From NCBI RefSeq assembly GCF_009914755.1, contig NC_060936.1: 64,000 nt of DNA. One strand, given 5' to 3'. The DNA comes from the human T2T-CHM13v2.0 reference genome, Homo sapiens. Position 1 is the first letter of the stretch. Every line of letters starts with the position of its first letter. Below are positions 1 to 13,379 of the stretch, piece after piece. A program made the translations under genes and the position numbers. The notes beneath the pieces are model-generated. The model saw only the letters and a program-made list of their open reading frames with translations, did no database searches and was not told where the DNA came from.

Positions 1-941
1 TTCACTTTAGTATTTCTCTCCTCATTTTCTCTCTGCTCCCCTCAGCCTCCATCCTTCCATCTGTTTGTATTGGTAGCTGGAGACACACTACAGGATGGGG
101 TTGAGAGGAAGGGGTGTTCCAAGTTAGCTGGGGAGAGTTAATTGGAAAATATGAGGGTGGGGTGAGGACAGATAACAATAATAACGATCAAAAGAACTCC
201 TCAGTCCAGGGCTGTGAGATGGCCCTCTTATTCATCACTCCTTTCCAGCCCACTAATCTATTTCCTGTGTCACTCACAGCTGACATGTCCAACCAGCCAT
301 TGTCACTAGTCATATGCACGCCCCCAAACATCACAAACCCACACCAGGCTGAAGTCCAGGGGACAGGAACTTTAAAAGAAAACAGAAACTCAGTGGATAA
401 AGGTGAGCCAGCAACACAAAAAGGAGCAACTTCTGTCCCCCAAATAGGTAGAACAAAAAGTTTTTTTTAATGTTCATCTCCCTGAAAAATTCCTGGTTGA
501 AACTAATCCATGTTTTCTCCAAATGCAATTCTTCCAGCTTTCTAAGGGTGGGGGTAAATTGTCCCCAAAGATATACCTGGAGAACCCTAAAATACACCCC
601 ACAAAGAAAATCCGTAACAGCTGTAAACGTTCTTCATGTCCGAAAGAAAGTTTTGGGCACCTAAGATGTAGGTGTGTAGCCTGATTCAGATGTTCACATG
701 ATGGGGCGGAGAGCGGGTGTCCCATCCCCTACTCTGTAGGGCTCTAGAGTTCCTTGACATTCTACACCTTGGAAGGTCCCCCTTCCTCCCCAGGGATTCA
801 GCGTCGTAAAGGCCTTTGGATTTGCGTAGGGGAGAGAGGGAAGACGTGTAGGGGACACGTCTTGCCTGGGAGCGAATAAGCAGATTTCAGCTCCCTTGAA
901 GGGATCAGCTTTATAGAGACGCATTGAGAAGAAGGAGAGGA

Positions 942-955
942 CGACGAGGGGGCGC
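942..955 (+). promoter_or_regulatory. CTCF-like motif in intron 1
   Basis: CGACGAGGGGGCGC vs consensus CCACNAGGGGGCGC. Confidence 0.45.
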
Positions 956-1156
956 CCCCCACCCCCAATCAGAGTCCCCTTGAAACCAAGAACTCCCCAA
1001 ACAGCGGGGGTGGCTTCTCCAGTACGGAAAGGGTTACAACCCAAACGCTCCTGTATTCCCCTTCGACAGTTCCCTTACGTTATCCTTCCCCAAACTGGAA
1101 AGTGGGGTGACCCTCCCCTCCCATAAGATCGCCCCCAATTAGGCCAAGTTTCTTAC

Positions 1157-1300
1157 CCAACAGACGGATCAGCTGTTCCCCTCACCTTTCACCAACAACA
1201 AAAACAGCACTCCGACTTCTGGAGGGGAGGGAGAAGAGTGGGCGCGAGGGCTTCTGGGGTTTGTGGTTCTTCTGCGCCCTTTTGCCGCTGCGTGCTCGGA
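1157..1300 (-). other. CALCOCO1: Non-coding first exon (5' UTR) of a minus-strand gene, probably CALCOCO1
   Basis: Strong minus-strand donor TGG|GTAAGA (exon ends 1157) just downstream of a CpG-rich promoter. The exon text (AGTCGGAGTGCTGTTTTTGTTGTTGGTGAAAG...CCGTCTGTTGG) matches my recollection of the CALCOCO1 5' UTR. TSS approximate. Confidence 0.65.
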
Positions 1301-1306
1301 TCTAGG

Positions 1307-1325
1307 ACTATACATCCCAGAAGGC
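1307..1325 (+). promoter_or_regulatory. ZNF143/THAP11 (SBS, ACTAYRNNNCCCR) motif
   Basis: ACTATACATCCCAGAAGGC. Confidence 0.75.
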
Positions 1326-1377
1326 TGCGCGCAAGGAGGGCGGGGAAGAGGGCGTCCGTGACGGCGGCCTCACCGCG

Positions 1378-1396
1378 GCATCCTGGGAGGCGTAGT
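1378..1396 (-). promoter_or_regulatory. ZNF143/THAP11 (SBS) motif, inverted relative to the first
   Basis: Minus strand ACTACGCCTCCCAGGATGC. Confidence 0.75.
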
Positions 1397-2689
1397 TCTC
1401 ACTCCTATGACAGAAAACGAGGGTGTGGCCAGCAAAGGACTTCAAGGCCCATGATCCCTTAGGAGGGGGCCGGCTGCATTAGGGGTGGCTGCTGGTTTGT
1501 AACGTGCGTTGTTGGGGGCTGGGGAGGATTTACGGCTCTAAAGCCTTCCATATAACGCTTTAACGGTGGGCAGAGCGGTTTCTGTTGCGTCCCGTCCTGT
1601 ACTTTTCGCACCCACCTGTGAGATAGGCGTTAAGCGTTATGCACGCTTTATAGATGTAGAAAGTGAAGTACGGTTAAGGAGGCGGTGTGAAGTGTCAAAG
1701 CTATGAAATGTAGAACTGCATTAGCCTTGGCTAATTCCACGTCATATATTCTTGCCACTACACCACAGCTACCCACCATTTTGGGGATGGGAAACTGATA
1801 GCTGGGGTATAGCAGTTTCTTCTTTACTTCAATCTCAGGGACAGACCTTGTAAGAATGATGTCTTCTGCACAGCTGACCATTTTTTTCCAACTTGAGGAT
1901 TTCAGTGCTAAGGGGCCTGACCATATCCACATCTGGACTGGGCTCCCCCAGAGTGGCTTCTGGGTCTAGGAAGAGGATACAATTGACTGAGGTGGTGGTA
2001 GGAGCGGTGGAATGAGAAGAATGAAATTGAAAAGGGAGCTTGGCATAATTCAGGACCTGTCACAATTCACAAACAAGCCACTTATGGGGCCTGTTTGCCC
2101 AAGCCTTTTAAGTGGCTTAAATTAATTAGGATAACAATACATGTTGACGTTCCGGTTTTTATTTAGGAGAGGTGAAAGATTGACACGTCTCCCACACCCC
2201 AAGTCACGTTATAGACTTGGGCATCCTGTCCCCCCTCTCGCTATTCTCCATCCCTGTAGTCGGAGGCATTCAGAATTACCTCTTTCTCTGGCTCTGCATT
2301 AAAGGATTACAGTCTTAAGGATTGATTTCCTCTTCCTAGGTGCCTGCTTTAATTCTCTACTGCACTAAGTTATGGAGCTTCTGCCTTTTCCAAGTTTTTT
2401 GGTAGTGTTTTGCTTTTATGACTGAATGCGGTGTCTGCCCTCAGTGTCTTTCATCTGAAGATCTCCAGGCACTTAAAAATTAGTTACTGGGCTGCACAAA
2501 CATTAAGGTGATGTGTCTGTGTCATTAGTCAGGATTTATGAGTTAGGGAACCAGTTTCTGGATGAGGAGGTAGCTCAAGGTCTGGAGTGGGTTAAGAGTG
2601 AGGTCTGTTCAAGGACCCAAGTCTCAAGAGTTCTTGGCTCTTGTCTTCCGCCCAAAATAAAGGTCTACGAGAAAACAGTCTCGGAGCTA

Positions 2690-2900
2690 AAAATGGTAAC
2701 AACTTCCATTTCTTGGGTGCTTATGATCTGTTCAAACTATGCTAAGAATTTTCCCATTTAATACAACAGGCTTATGTAATACGCCTTGTTATTATCCCCA
2801 TTTTACACATGATGAGATTGAGGCACAATTAATGACTTGCCTGGAGTCATCCAGCTAGTGAGTGGCAGAATCAAGATTTAAGCACAAGCAGTCACCATAC
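2690..2900 (-). mobile_element. MIR SINE fragment
   Basis: Core ttattatccccattttaca...gatgag...gaggcac...ttaatgacttgcc. Confidence 0.7.
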
Positions 2901-3107
2901 TCCCAGTCCAGAAACTCTGGCATGTGATACTAACTCCCATTGTTCTAAGGAACAGTGCTGGTTCATTAACAGGAGACAAATGTTCACTGAGCATTTATGT
3001 GCTCAGTGCAAGGCACAAAGTAATGTGAAACAGATTCATTCAACAAATATGTGGCAGGTACTATGCTAGGTATTCAGTTACTTTTATTGAAAGAATGAAT
3101 AGTAAAT

Positions 3108-3175
3108 ATTCATTATTTTAAAATAATATATGTAATTCATTATTTTAAAATAATAAATGTAATTCATTATTTTAA
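3108..3175. repeat. AT-rich 27-bp tandem repeat (~2.5 copies)
   Basis: ATTCATTATTTTAAAATAATA(T/A)ATGTA twice plus a partial copy. Confidence 0.9.
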
Positions 3176-3471
3176 TTATAGTCATTACTTTCAAATATTC
3201 AAGTATTTGAAGGATAGATTAAATTTGGATAGTTTGGCAAGATGGGGACTGGGGAGGGTAAGCTTCTTCTAGGCCAAAGCAAAGATTTGGAGGTGGGAAT
3301 GGATAATGAGCCTAGAGTCACATAATAGCACATCAATTTCAACCTTTATTTATGTATTTAGGCAAACTCAGATTATTGGTAATGTCTGCCTGAAATGTTG
3401 TGTTGAGGATTCTGAGGAAAGAGTGCTGGGTAGTAATGTCTGCCATGTACTCCAGATGGAAAATGGCAGTT

Positions 3472-3873
3472 GTAGTGGATGGACTAATTGTTTGAAATTA
3501 TTTCCTCTCTCATTCCTGCCCACTGCCATGTGACTTGCAGTATCTCCTGTAGAAGGAATAGATGTCTCATGTCATTGACTTTGGGCTTTGTCATGTTTCA
3601 TAATTTGGCTGATGGGATGTGAACAGATGTGACTCATGCCATGTTTGAACACATGAGTTTCCACTTTCTTGTTCTTCTCTGCCACTAGAATGGGAATAAT
3701 CCACATGAGAGTTGCTCCTTCTGCCTGGGCCTGGGAATGAGAAGACCTGTGGAGCTGAGCTACTGCTTACCCACAACCTGCATATACATAAATCAGAAGC
3801 CAGCACTGGTTGTTGTGAGTCGCTTAGATTTTGGGGTAGGTTGTGATTGCAGCAAAGCTGAATAAAAGCTACA
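3472..3873 (+). mobile_element. MLT1-family (ERVL-MaLR) LTR
   Basis: TG...ACA ends and MLT1-like 3' end (ggttgtgattgcagcaaagctgaat). Confidence 0.55.
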
Positions 3874-3879
3874 GTTGGA

Positions 3880-4685
<806 letters not shown>

Positions 4686-5551
4686 TAGCTATACCACATT
4701 TTTAAGCTTCTCCTTTAATTAATGTGTTCCATTTTCAAGTCTGGCCCATAAAACCCTCCAAAAAAGTTCCTTCCTATTTTTTTTCCTGTCTAGCTTGATG
4801 AAGATGACCTTAGGCACAGTGACCCTGAAGGCCACATGTTAAAGACAGTGGAGCCACAGGATGGAAGGAAGCTGGTTCCCTGAATCATCACGTGGCAGAG
4901 AGCGGACCACTAATCAGGATCATGTGTTTCAGATTTCACTTGACCAATAAATCAATTTCAATTTTGTTACACTGCTAAAATGGGTTTATTTTTTATAGTA
5001 GCTACTGTTTTCCTCATCAATACATCATGTACAAAGGTTTGGACTTCACTCCCATCAGGAATGGGAAGTTAGTCACTGAAGATTTTTTGAAAAAGGGGAA
5101 TAATACTGTGAAGACAGGTGGAAGTTACAGTTATTGGGATCAAAGAATATTTCTGAGTGAGAGTGGGAGATTTGGGGACTGTTGTTTTTTTTTTAAGAAT
5201 ATAGTTTAACTCGTCTGGGGAAGGGAGATGACTGCCATGATTGTCGAAGGGCTCCGTAGAACTTGGGAAGGAGCTGCTGAAAAGTGAATCCATTTCCCTG
5301 AAATGTTGTCTCTTTTCTCTTTTGCAAAAGTCCTAATTCTGGTATTGCCTCATGTAGTTCGGTGCCCACCACATAATAAATGTTTAATGGAAGCTGGCCC
5401 TGGACTCTGGGAATGCTTTGAGGAGCTACCACTAGTTGAGTGCCTACTATGTGAGAGGTGCTCTTTCACCCATTGAATCATCACAATAACTGTGCAAGGT
5501 GCTATCCAGATTTTACAGATGAAGAGACTGAGACTTTAAGAGTAACTTACT

Positions 5552-5844
5552 GGCTGGGCGCGGTGGCTCATGTCTATAATCTCAGCATTTTGGGAGGCCA
5601 ACGCCGGCAGATTGCTTGAGCACAGGAATTAGAGACCAGCCTGGGCAACATGGCAAAACCTGTTTCTACTAAAAATACAAAAATTAACCAGGTGTGGTGG
5701 TGCACACCTGTAGCCCCAGCTACTCGGGAGGCTGTGGTGGGAGAATCACCTGAGCCTGGGAAATCAAAGCTGCAGTGAGCCATGAATGCACCAACTGTAC
5801 TCCAGCCTGGGCGACGAGAATGTGACCGGTCTAAAAAAAAAAAA
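5552..5844 (+). mobile_element. AluJ, inserted in a MIR
   Basis: Diverged dimer with J-type right arm. Confidence 0.9.
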
Positions 5845-6328
5845 GCCTCTAAGAACAATCTTATTCTGAAACCTATACCTTTCCCAATATAACAAGATGC
5901 TTTCTGAGAAAATAATGATGGCCAGTGTTATTAATAGTACTGAGTGTCTGCCATGTATCAGGCACTCTGCTGGGTGCTTTACAAACACTCAGAAGCAGCT
6001 CTATCAGATATTGTAGGCTGTTCTGAATGTTTCCAAACTGTGGACTCTGTGGGAAGTAGGAAAAACATTGATGTAATTTTAGCGCAAAGTTTGATATCCT
6101 TGGGGCTTTTCTTTAAGGTCTCCGGCCCATTTTCTTTTGTCCTCTTAGTTCCTTGGTTGACCTAGGGCTGGGTGGAAGAATGGTTTAGAGTTCTCAACTA
6201 TACTCAGGTCTGCAGCTCCTTCACTCCGCAGACCCGTCAACCCACTCTACTATCAAAGTGTTCAGATCATATTATTATTATATAATTTTTATCAATGAAA
6301 AAAACCAAAGTTCAGAAAGATTAAATAA

Positions 6329-6664
<336 letters not shown>

Positions 6665-6779
6665 TGAGATTTAAATCAAGAATTCCTGACTCGAGAGTGC
6701 TCTCCTATGCCCTCTGCCAGTCCAAATTCGACAGTGTTACAAGTCTGTTTTTTTGCCATTTTGGCCTCATTACCTTGAT

Positions 6780-7130
6780 TCGTGTATTAGAATAGATATA
6801 ACAGCTGCAACAGACAACCCCCAGATCTCAGTGTCTTAACATGATAAGAATTTATGTATCACATAAGTCCAATGTGGATATTTGTGGTCAGGTGACTCAA
6901 GAATCCAGATCTGTTCATGCTGTGGATCTGCCATCTGAAATATGTGGCTTCAGATTGCCCAGGTGTCACCGCCAGCAGATGGGGAAGAGCGAGCATGTGG
7001 AGAAGGCACACACTAAACTTTCACAGCTTGGGAGTAACACATTACTTCCACTTATATCCTATTGGTGAGAACCCATCATATGGCCTCATATAATAGGGGC
7101 TGGAGATAGAATCTAGTCTTGTGCCCATTC
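6780..7130 (-). mobile_element. Old MaLR/ERVL-type LTR fragment
   Basis: ccccagatctcagtgtcttaac ... cctattggtgagaac, typical of MLT1-class LTRs. Confidence 0.45.
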
Positions 7131-7918
7131 CATGCTCTATCAACATGGGTTGAATCAACATTCTAGAATCAGTAGAGTTGTCCTGGGAGAAGAGATACCT
7201 CTGATGAGAAGACTTTTGATTCTAATCTGGCCACATGCTCATACCTCTATTAGTGTCACATTTATTCCACTGAAATTTATAGAGCATCAACTTTGTGAAT
7301 CACACATAAGCAAAGATCCCCTGCTGAAGAAAGACTGGAATTCAGCCAACCAAAATGTTGGTGGGGCATAAGGCCACAGGCTGATTGGTCATGAATGTGG
7401 CTGATTTCCCTCAAGATAGTGTTATTCATATGGTTATAGGGTTTCTTTATTTTTATTATTCTATTGATAAAAAGTTTGAAACTTTTTACCCTGTCACAAA
7501 ATAAATAGCTGTGTGTTGTGGTCACAATTTAAGTAGCTGATTTAATGTACTTTGCAATTCTATCAGCTTTCTGGCAGTTTCAAAATACTTCTCTCTGGGA
7601 AACTGTGTGTCTTGGCCTGTCCCCTATGCTTCTCTGGCCTCCCTAGCGCTATGGGAATCGGGGGAAGCGGGGAGGTTAACCCTGGAGCCTGAGAACGCAA
7701 CAAGGAAGCAGCTCAGTTATCTTGCTAAGACCTGTCTCTCGTCTGCCACAGAGAATGCAGCAAATTGGATAGACACAGAGATATTTAGGAAGTAGCATGC
7801 AGGATGTGGGCAATGAAGGAAACAGGACATTTTGATTTTTGAAGTAATGATTTTGAATGTCTGTAGACATGTGATGCTAAAAAAGTTAAACTTTTAGCTT
7901 AAAAAAATCACTTAAGGG

Positions 7919-8215
7919 GGTCAGGTGTGGTGGCTCATGCCTGTAATCCCAGGACTTTGGGAGGCTGAAGTGGGAGGATTGCTTGAGCTCAGGAGTTCAA
8001 GACCAGCCTGGACAACATGGCAAAACCTTGTCTCTACAAAAAATACAAAAATTAGCTGAGCATGGTGGCGTATGCCTGTGGTCCCAGCTACTTAGGGGCT
8101 GAGGTGGGAGGATGACTTGAGTCCAGGAGGTCGAGGCTGCAGTGAGCTGTGTTTGCATCACTGTACTCCAGCCTGGGTAACAAAGTGAGACCCTGTCTCA
8201 AAAAAGAAAAAAAAA
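7919..8215 (+). mobile_element. AluJ
   Basis: Dimer with poly-A; degraded TSD AAAAAA(T/G)TCACT(T)AAG. Confidence 0.92.
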
Positions 8216-8361
8216 GTCACTAAGTCATTTAATACATGCAACAGGCTCCCATGTCTCATCCTAACCTGAAGGAAGGGTCATGGCTGATCCCAGGGTACTG
8301 GCTTGGGCATCTGAGTGGATGCAGTCCTTCCCTGAGAGGGGACGTTGGCAGAAGGAGTAGG

Positions 8362-8685
8362 TTTATTTATTTATTTATTTATTTATTTATTTTTGAGACG
8401 AAGTCTCGCTCTGTCACCAGTCTGGAGCGCAGTGATCTCCGTTCACTGTAACCTTACTGTAACAATCGCTCAGGTTCAAGTGATTCTCCTGCCTCCACCT
8501 CCCCCAGTAGCTGGGATTATAAGCGTGCGCCACCACGCCCAGCTAGTTTTTGTTGTTGTTGTTGTTATTTTTAGTAGAGACACGGTTTTTGACCAGTCTG
8601 GTCTCAAACTCCTGACCTCAAATGATCCACCCGCCTCAGCCTCCCAAAGTGCTGGTATTACAGGTGTAAGCCACCGTGCCCAGCC
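8362..8685 (-). mobile_element. AluS, internally rearranged
   Basis: TSD AGGAGTAGGTTTA at 8353-8365 and 8686-8698. Confidence 0.9.
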
Positions 8686-8914
8686 AGGAGTAGGTTTACA
8701 GGTGGGCATGGGTAAGGCTGGCATGGGGGGGGTTGCTCTCCTTCTGGACAAAGAGGATTTGAGGTACATCTGAGTCTCCAGAAAGCCTTTCCTTGTATCG
8801 TGGATCCCAACCTTCCTGGCCATCTTTGTGTAGTTCCAAACTTGCTCTTAAGGGATAAGACGGAAGATAGTTTAGAAACCTACGTGCTGGGAAAAACAGT
8901 CCAGCTAATCATAT

Positions 8915-8917
<3 letters not shown>

Positions 8918-8961
<44 letters not shown>
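8918..8961. repeat. (GT)22 microsatellite
   Basis: Direct reading. Confidence 0.97.
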
Positions 8962-8964
<3 letters not shown>

Positions 8965-9017
8965 TATTAGTACCAAGAGGAGCTGGTTCGGGATTGCAAA
9001 GGCAATAGATGTTCATC

Positions 9018-9057
9018 TGCATTCCACATAACATTTGTGCATTCCACATAACATTTG
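9018..9057. repeat. Perfect 20-bp tandem duplication
   Basis: TGCATTCCACATAACATTTG twice. Confidence 0.95.
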
Positions 9058-11014
9058 TATATTAATTAGCTCACATAAAAATGCATGCAGACCTCCCAAG
9101 TCTCAGCCCCTCTCCTAATAGAGGAGTCATTCTTATTATTGTTTCTGATTGTACCCCCACAATCTAGTTTTGCTGTTGGTGAGGTTGGGCTAGTCATTCT
9201 TGAAAATAACTGGTTGTCCTCTCTTGTTTGTGGTGACTTCCTTTGTGCCTGGGTCAGTGTTGTAGGGGTGGGAGCGGCTGTTGAAGGGTCAGAGATTGAC
9301 TTAGTCTGGTCTCAGGGGGTGTCCTCGTCTGAATCTATCTGAGTCCCTCTTTCTGTTTCTCTCCACTCACAGATTGTGTGGCATTTTGGAAGGTGGAGTG
9401 CCTGGGCACCTAGCCCACCACTTCCCGCCCCAATCTGGCCCTGGGCACAAGCCACATGGTGCTGGCCATCAGCCTGGCCTCTTGCCCATCTATTACAGCC
9501 TCAGCTGCCAGGCTGGCACAGGTGCTAAAGGAACTAGGCCCTGCCCTCCCCCAGTGCTGTTCCTGGGGCCTAAGCAGGAGAGAGTCAGATGGGGAGAGCA
9601 CACTCTGGAGTGGGAGGCCAAGTCCAACATCCCTTAATGGTGGAAGGGAGGTGTCTGTGCCTTAAGGAGTACTGCTGAGGTACTATAGTAGTGGAAGAAG
9701 ACCAGCTGCTTAACATGTGCATGGGCAGGGGACAGTGTTGGGAGGAGACAGGAGCGGTTGCTGTGGTGTGAAGGAAGACTCCCCACTAGGTCCTAGGAGA
9801 TGTTTCTTCTCCTCCTTCCATGTCTATGACTATACAAAGCTTGAGAGACTTGCATATGTTTCATACTTGTGGGCATATTCCCAGGTGGGAGTGTGGGCAG
9901 GGATTCCAGTACTATGGGGAGGGACCTGTAGCTATGCCCAGGTAGCACTGAGGTGGACTTGGAGTGAATACTGTATCTCAGGACAGATGACTCTGTCCCA
10001 TGTGACAGTGTCACCCGTGAGACTGCTAATGGGCCACAATATAGACGTACACGCATTGGCTACGGCATGGGATCTTTCGCCCCTTGATACGGGACATGTG
10101 ACTCTGCTATATGGGGCACCATATACTTGGACCCACCCTGGTTGTGGAAGACATGAACCCTCATTTCTGATGACAGTGGCCAGGTCTGGGTGTAGACTGG
10201 ATCTATGTATGGGCAGTGAGGGATGGGGTGAACGCTGTCTTTGTGAATGCTGTGTCCGTGGGGAGTGCTGGTCATGCCTTGCCTTTACACCCATGTGAAT
10301 GGCATGTTCAAATATGTGAATACCCTGGAGAGATGTTGGGTGGTGAGGGGGTGGGAAGCCTGAAAAAGATGTAGAATTTATGAGCTGCTTTTGTCGGGAG
10401 ACAGTCGTAATGAAGAAAATTCAATTTTCTGCAGCTCAGAGAGTCAATATGTTAAATCTCGGAGAAGCTGTGGAGTGACAGCAGAATGGCAAAGTCAATG
10501 GGACGTGTGTGGGAGGGAAGCCGTCTATCTGTGTCTGCAGTGAGGCCGCCTCCTCTCTGTACCCTTGAACTGCAGCTGAGGAACAGGATGGCACCAGATA
10601 CCTGAGTTCCTGGAACTTCCCCTTTTTCCCTTCCTCTTCCACCTCACAGGCCATTTTCCCTTGGCTGCTTCTTGTAGGAAGAAAGGCTGTCCTTTGTCAG
10701 GTCCAATTCTACCATTGCAATGGCCTCATCAGGAAGTCCTTCTTGTAGTCCACCAGCACACCCTCTTATTGCAGTTACTAATTCCATAGTGTCTGTTTAC
10801 AGCCTAAAGTGATTTGTAGGAGAATTCTTCTTTCTAACTTTTCAGTCCCACTCTCACCTCAGCTACTCCATGGCTGGCCTCCTGTTCCCCAGCGTTTCAA
10901 CTTTTCCCCATCTAGTCTTCACATCCTCCCTTCCAGCCTCCTGTTCCCAGAGGCAGGAGTGTAGGGGAAGGTGGGAGGAGGGAAGTGGGGATTCTTCTGT
11001 AAGCCACAGTGTCA

Positions 11015-11160
11015 CCAGGAGCCGTGATTAGCCGAGCTGCTAGCTGTGTAATTGGCATGTGCCGGCGTCCCGGGGGTCTGGTATGTTAACAGCGGGTCCC
11101 TGTGGTGAGTAACGAGATTGTGCCTACGGCTGGTTGCACACGCTAATTAATTAGTGCTCC
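11015..11160. promoter_or_regulatory. Candidate developmental enhancer
   Basis: Retained CpGs plus TGATTAG, TAATTGG and the palindrome CTAATTAATTAG (11143-11154). Confidence 0.5.
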
Positions 11161-12049
11161 TCTGGTGTTGAGGAATGAGGAGGAGCTGGGGGAGTTTGTG
11201 ATGAGGGTGTCTCAAAGCCTAAGAGGCCAGCTCTGCAGAGCCCAGAGGTCACCTAAAGTCCTGTTGGAATGGGAGCATTCAAGCTGCAGTCCAGGATTAA
11301 GGGTGACAGTGAAGGTCAGAGATCTAGGGGCCCCGGCCGAAGACAGGGTGTGTGTGGGATACAGCCTCTTGGTTGTGGGTGTCCTGTGTCCTGGGCTGGG
11401 CTGGATAGAGGCAGAGGGAAGGGAGGACACCCCCGACTCCCGTGCAGCTTAGGGAGGTCTCCAGGCCCAGGGCCTATCTCACAGCATCCTTTCCCCAGGT
11501 GGCCCAGAAAGGAAGGGAGTAGAAGGGGAAGGAGGCATGTCAGATGCCTCCAGCCTCATTCCTGTCCCCTCTGCCTGCCCTCTCCTCACTCAGGCCAGCT
11601 TCTGTCAGCCATTGCATACTCATTACATGCTCACTGCGTGGACAGAGCTCCAAAGGGCTTTGGGGCTCCTCTCACCTTAACAATCACTGCTTTCCCCTTG
11701 CTGCCCATGCAGGCACCCAGGCTTCTTAGCCGCTGGGTTAACTTTGGGGTCCAGAAGCCTATTCTGAAACCGGGGGTCTGGAACCCAGATATTTGAGGAA
11801 AATACCGTGGAAAGCCTGAAGAAGTGGCAGTAGGGGAGAAGGTTGGGAGAGAACCCCACAGCCTCCCAGTACAGTACGGTCACTTAGAGCAGCAAGAAGG
11901 CTGAAGGTGAGAGGGGAAGGAAGGACTCCCAGTGAGCAAACAGACTCTACCTCGTGTTTTCTGAGGCAGAAAACCTAGGCCTGATGTCGAGAGGGGTCAG
12001 GATGAAATGGGACCCCGAGCAGGAGATCCCCTCCGCCTGAGTTTTGGGA

Positions 12050-12560
12050 TTCAGCGAGGTGTGGCGGGGGAAGGGGAGACAAAATAGAGAAAACAGGCAG
12101 CAAATGAGATGAGACTGCGGCGGGGAATCTTTGGCTTCCATGTGGAGGCGCGAGTCCCGTTCCCGCACACGGTAATTGCTAAATTACCCGCCATCTGCTC
12201 CGCTCTCAGACATAAATTACCTGCGAGGAGGAAAGACGCAGAGGCTGCGCACTTTCCTTCCTCTCCCCCAGACCCGCGCAAGGCGCTGAGGGGGTCCTCC
12301 CTCCGGCAAAGGCGGAGGGACGGCCTGACAGGAACAGTGTGCACTTGCCTCTGTCCTCCCCCGAGGGACAGTGGCCTGGGGTGACCGAGAAACCTGGCCC
12401 TCCCAAGGTCCCCGGGCTGCCAAGGAGGACCCTTCGGCCTTAGGGCGGAGCCTCCCCCGCCGCTCAGGGGAGGTGGAGCTCGTTGTGGTGGGCGGGGCTT
12501 TCTCCAGGTGGGACCCATCGCCTAGGCAGGTTTCCCCGGCCACCCTCTTCCTTCTCCCCC
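12050..12560. promoter_or_regulatory. Small CpG-rich element with homeodomain sites
   Basis: GGTAATT-4bp-AATTACC (12171-12188), CATAAATTAC (12211-12220), many CpGs. Confidence 0.5.
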
Positions 12561-13379
12561 ACTCCCTGGCGCCCACCACTCTGCTGGTGGGGAGGTGTCC
12601 CCAGCTCTCGTTGACTCCCCTCCCAGTATCCCAGAAAGAAGAGAGGAGAGCAGGCAGAGGGCAGGAGGAGAGAGAAAAGGGTCACACCCCCTTCCTTTCA
12701 TTCTGCTCTGAACTTTGTCCCTCCCCCGCTAGATTCTGAAGGGTGAGCGAGGTGTGAAAGCAGATGTAGGAGAGATGACTTGAAATGGGGCACAGTGTAG
12801 GGTGCAGCCGGTTAGAGCGAGGGAGGGAATGGGAAAGCTATGCCCACTGCCAGGCGGGGTTCTTTGGGGAGATGGGCAGGCAGCCTGGGTAGGGTGGAAA
12901 GTGGTCAGGCTGGGGAAGTGAGCAGAGTGGGAGGTGGGCAGGAAGAGGGGGTCGGAGGGATGGAGGCGGGGCAGGATGGGAGGTGGGAGAAGCGGGATGA
13001 AGACTCAGAAACGAGCAGGTAGTGAGTCGTCTGGGTGATGAGCTAGAGGAGGATCAGAGTCGGAGAGAGGGGAGACAGCAAGACGTTTAGAAGCAGTTCA
13101 GGCCCTGGAAGGAATGCAGGGAGCAAAGGCTATGGCAGGGAAGGCAAGGGTGTTTGTGGGTCCTTGCAGGGTCCCAGGAAGGTGAGGGTGAGAGCCCCAG
13201 AGCCACTTCTTGCTCTGTGGCCGAGGCCTGACTTCGGAGGGGAGCCGAGGAGGCCACCTATGCAGCAGGGATGGGCGCCAGCCCTCCTTCTCCAACCCCA
13301 GGCACCTGCAGGGGTGTGCCCATCAGGGTGGGAGACGGAGTAAGCCGAGTCCCAGCTCTGAGCGCAGAAGCTAGTGGGG

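Larger units (their letters stand above)
900..1700 (-). promoter_or_regulatory. CpG-rich TATA-less promoter
   Basis: High CpG density, GC box (GGGCGGGG ~1338), two ZNF143/THAP11-type motifs, adjacent splice donor. Confidence 0.8.

Noticed and set aside
1372-1382. Minus-strand ATGCCGCG|GTGAGG as a coding first exon
   Set aside because: The ATG lies within the ZNF143 motif upstream of the better-supported exon; at most a minor upstream exon
9717-10298. 193-aa ORF with several overlapping ORFs
   Set aside because: Non-ATG start, no recognisable domain or exon boundaries, TG-biased composition
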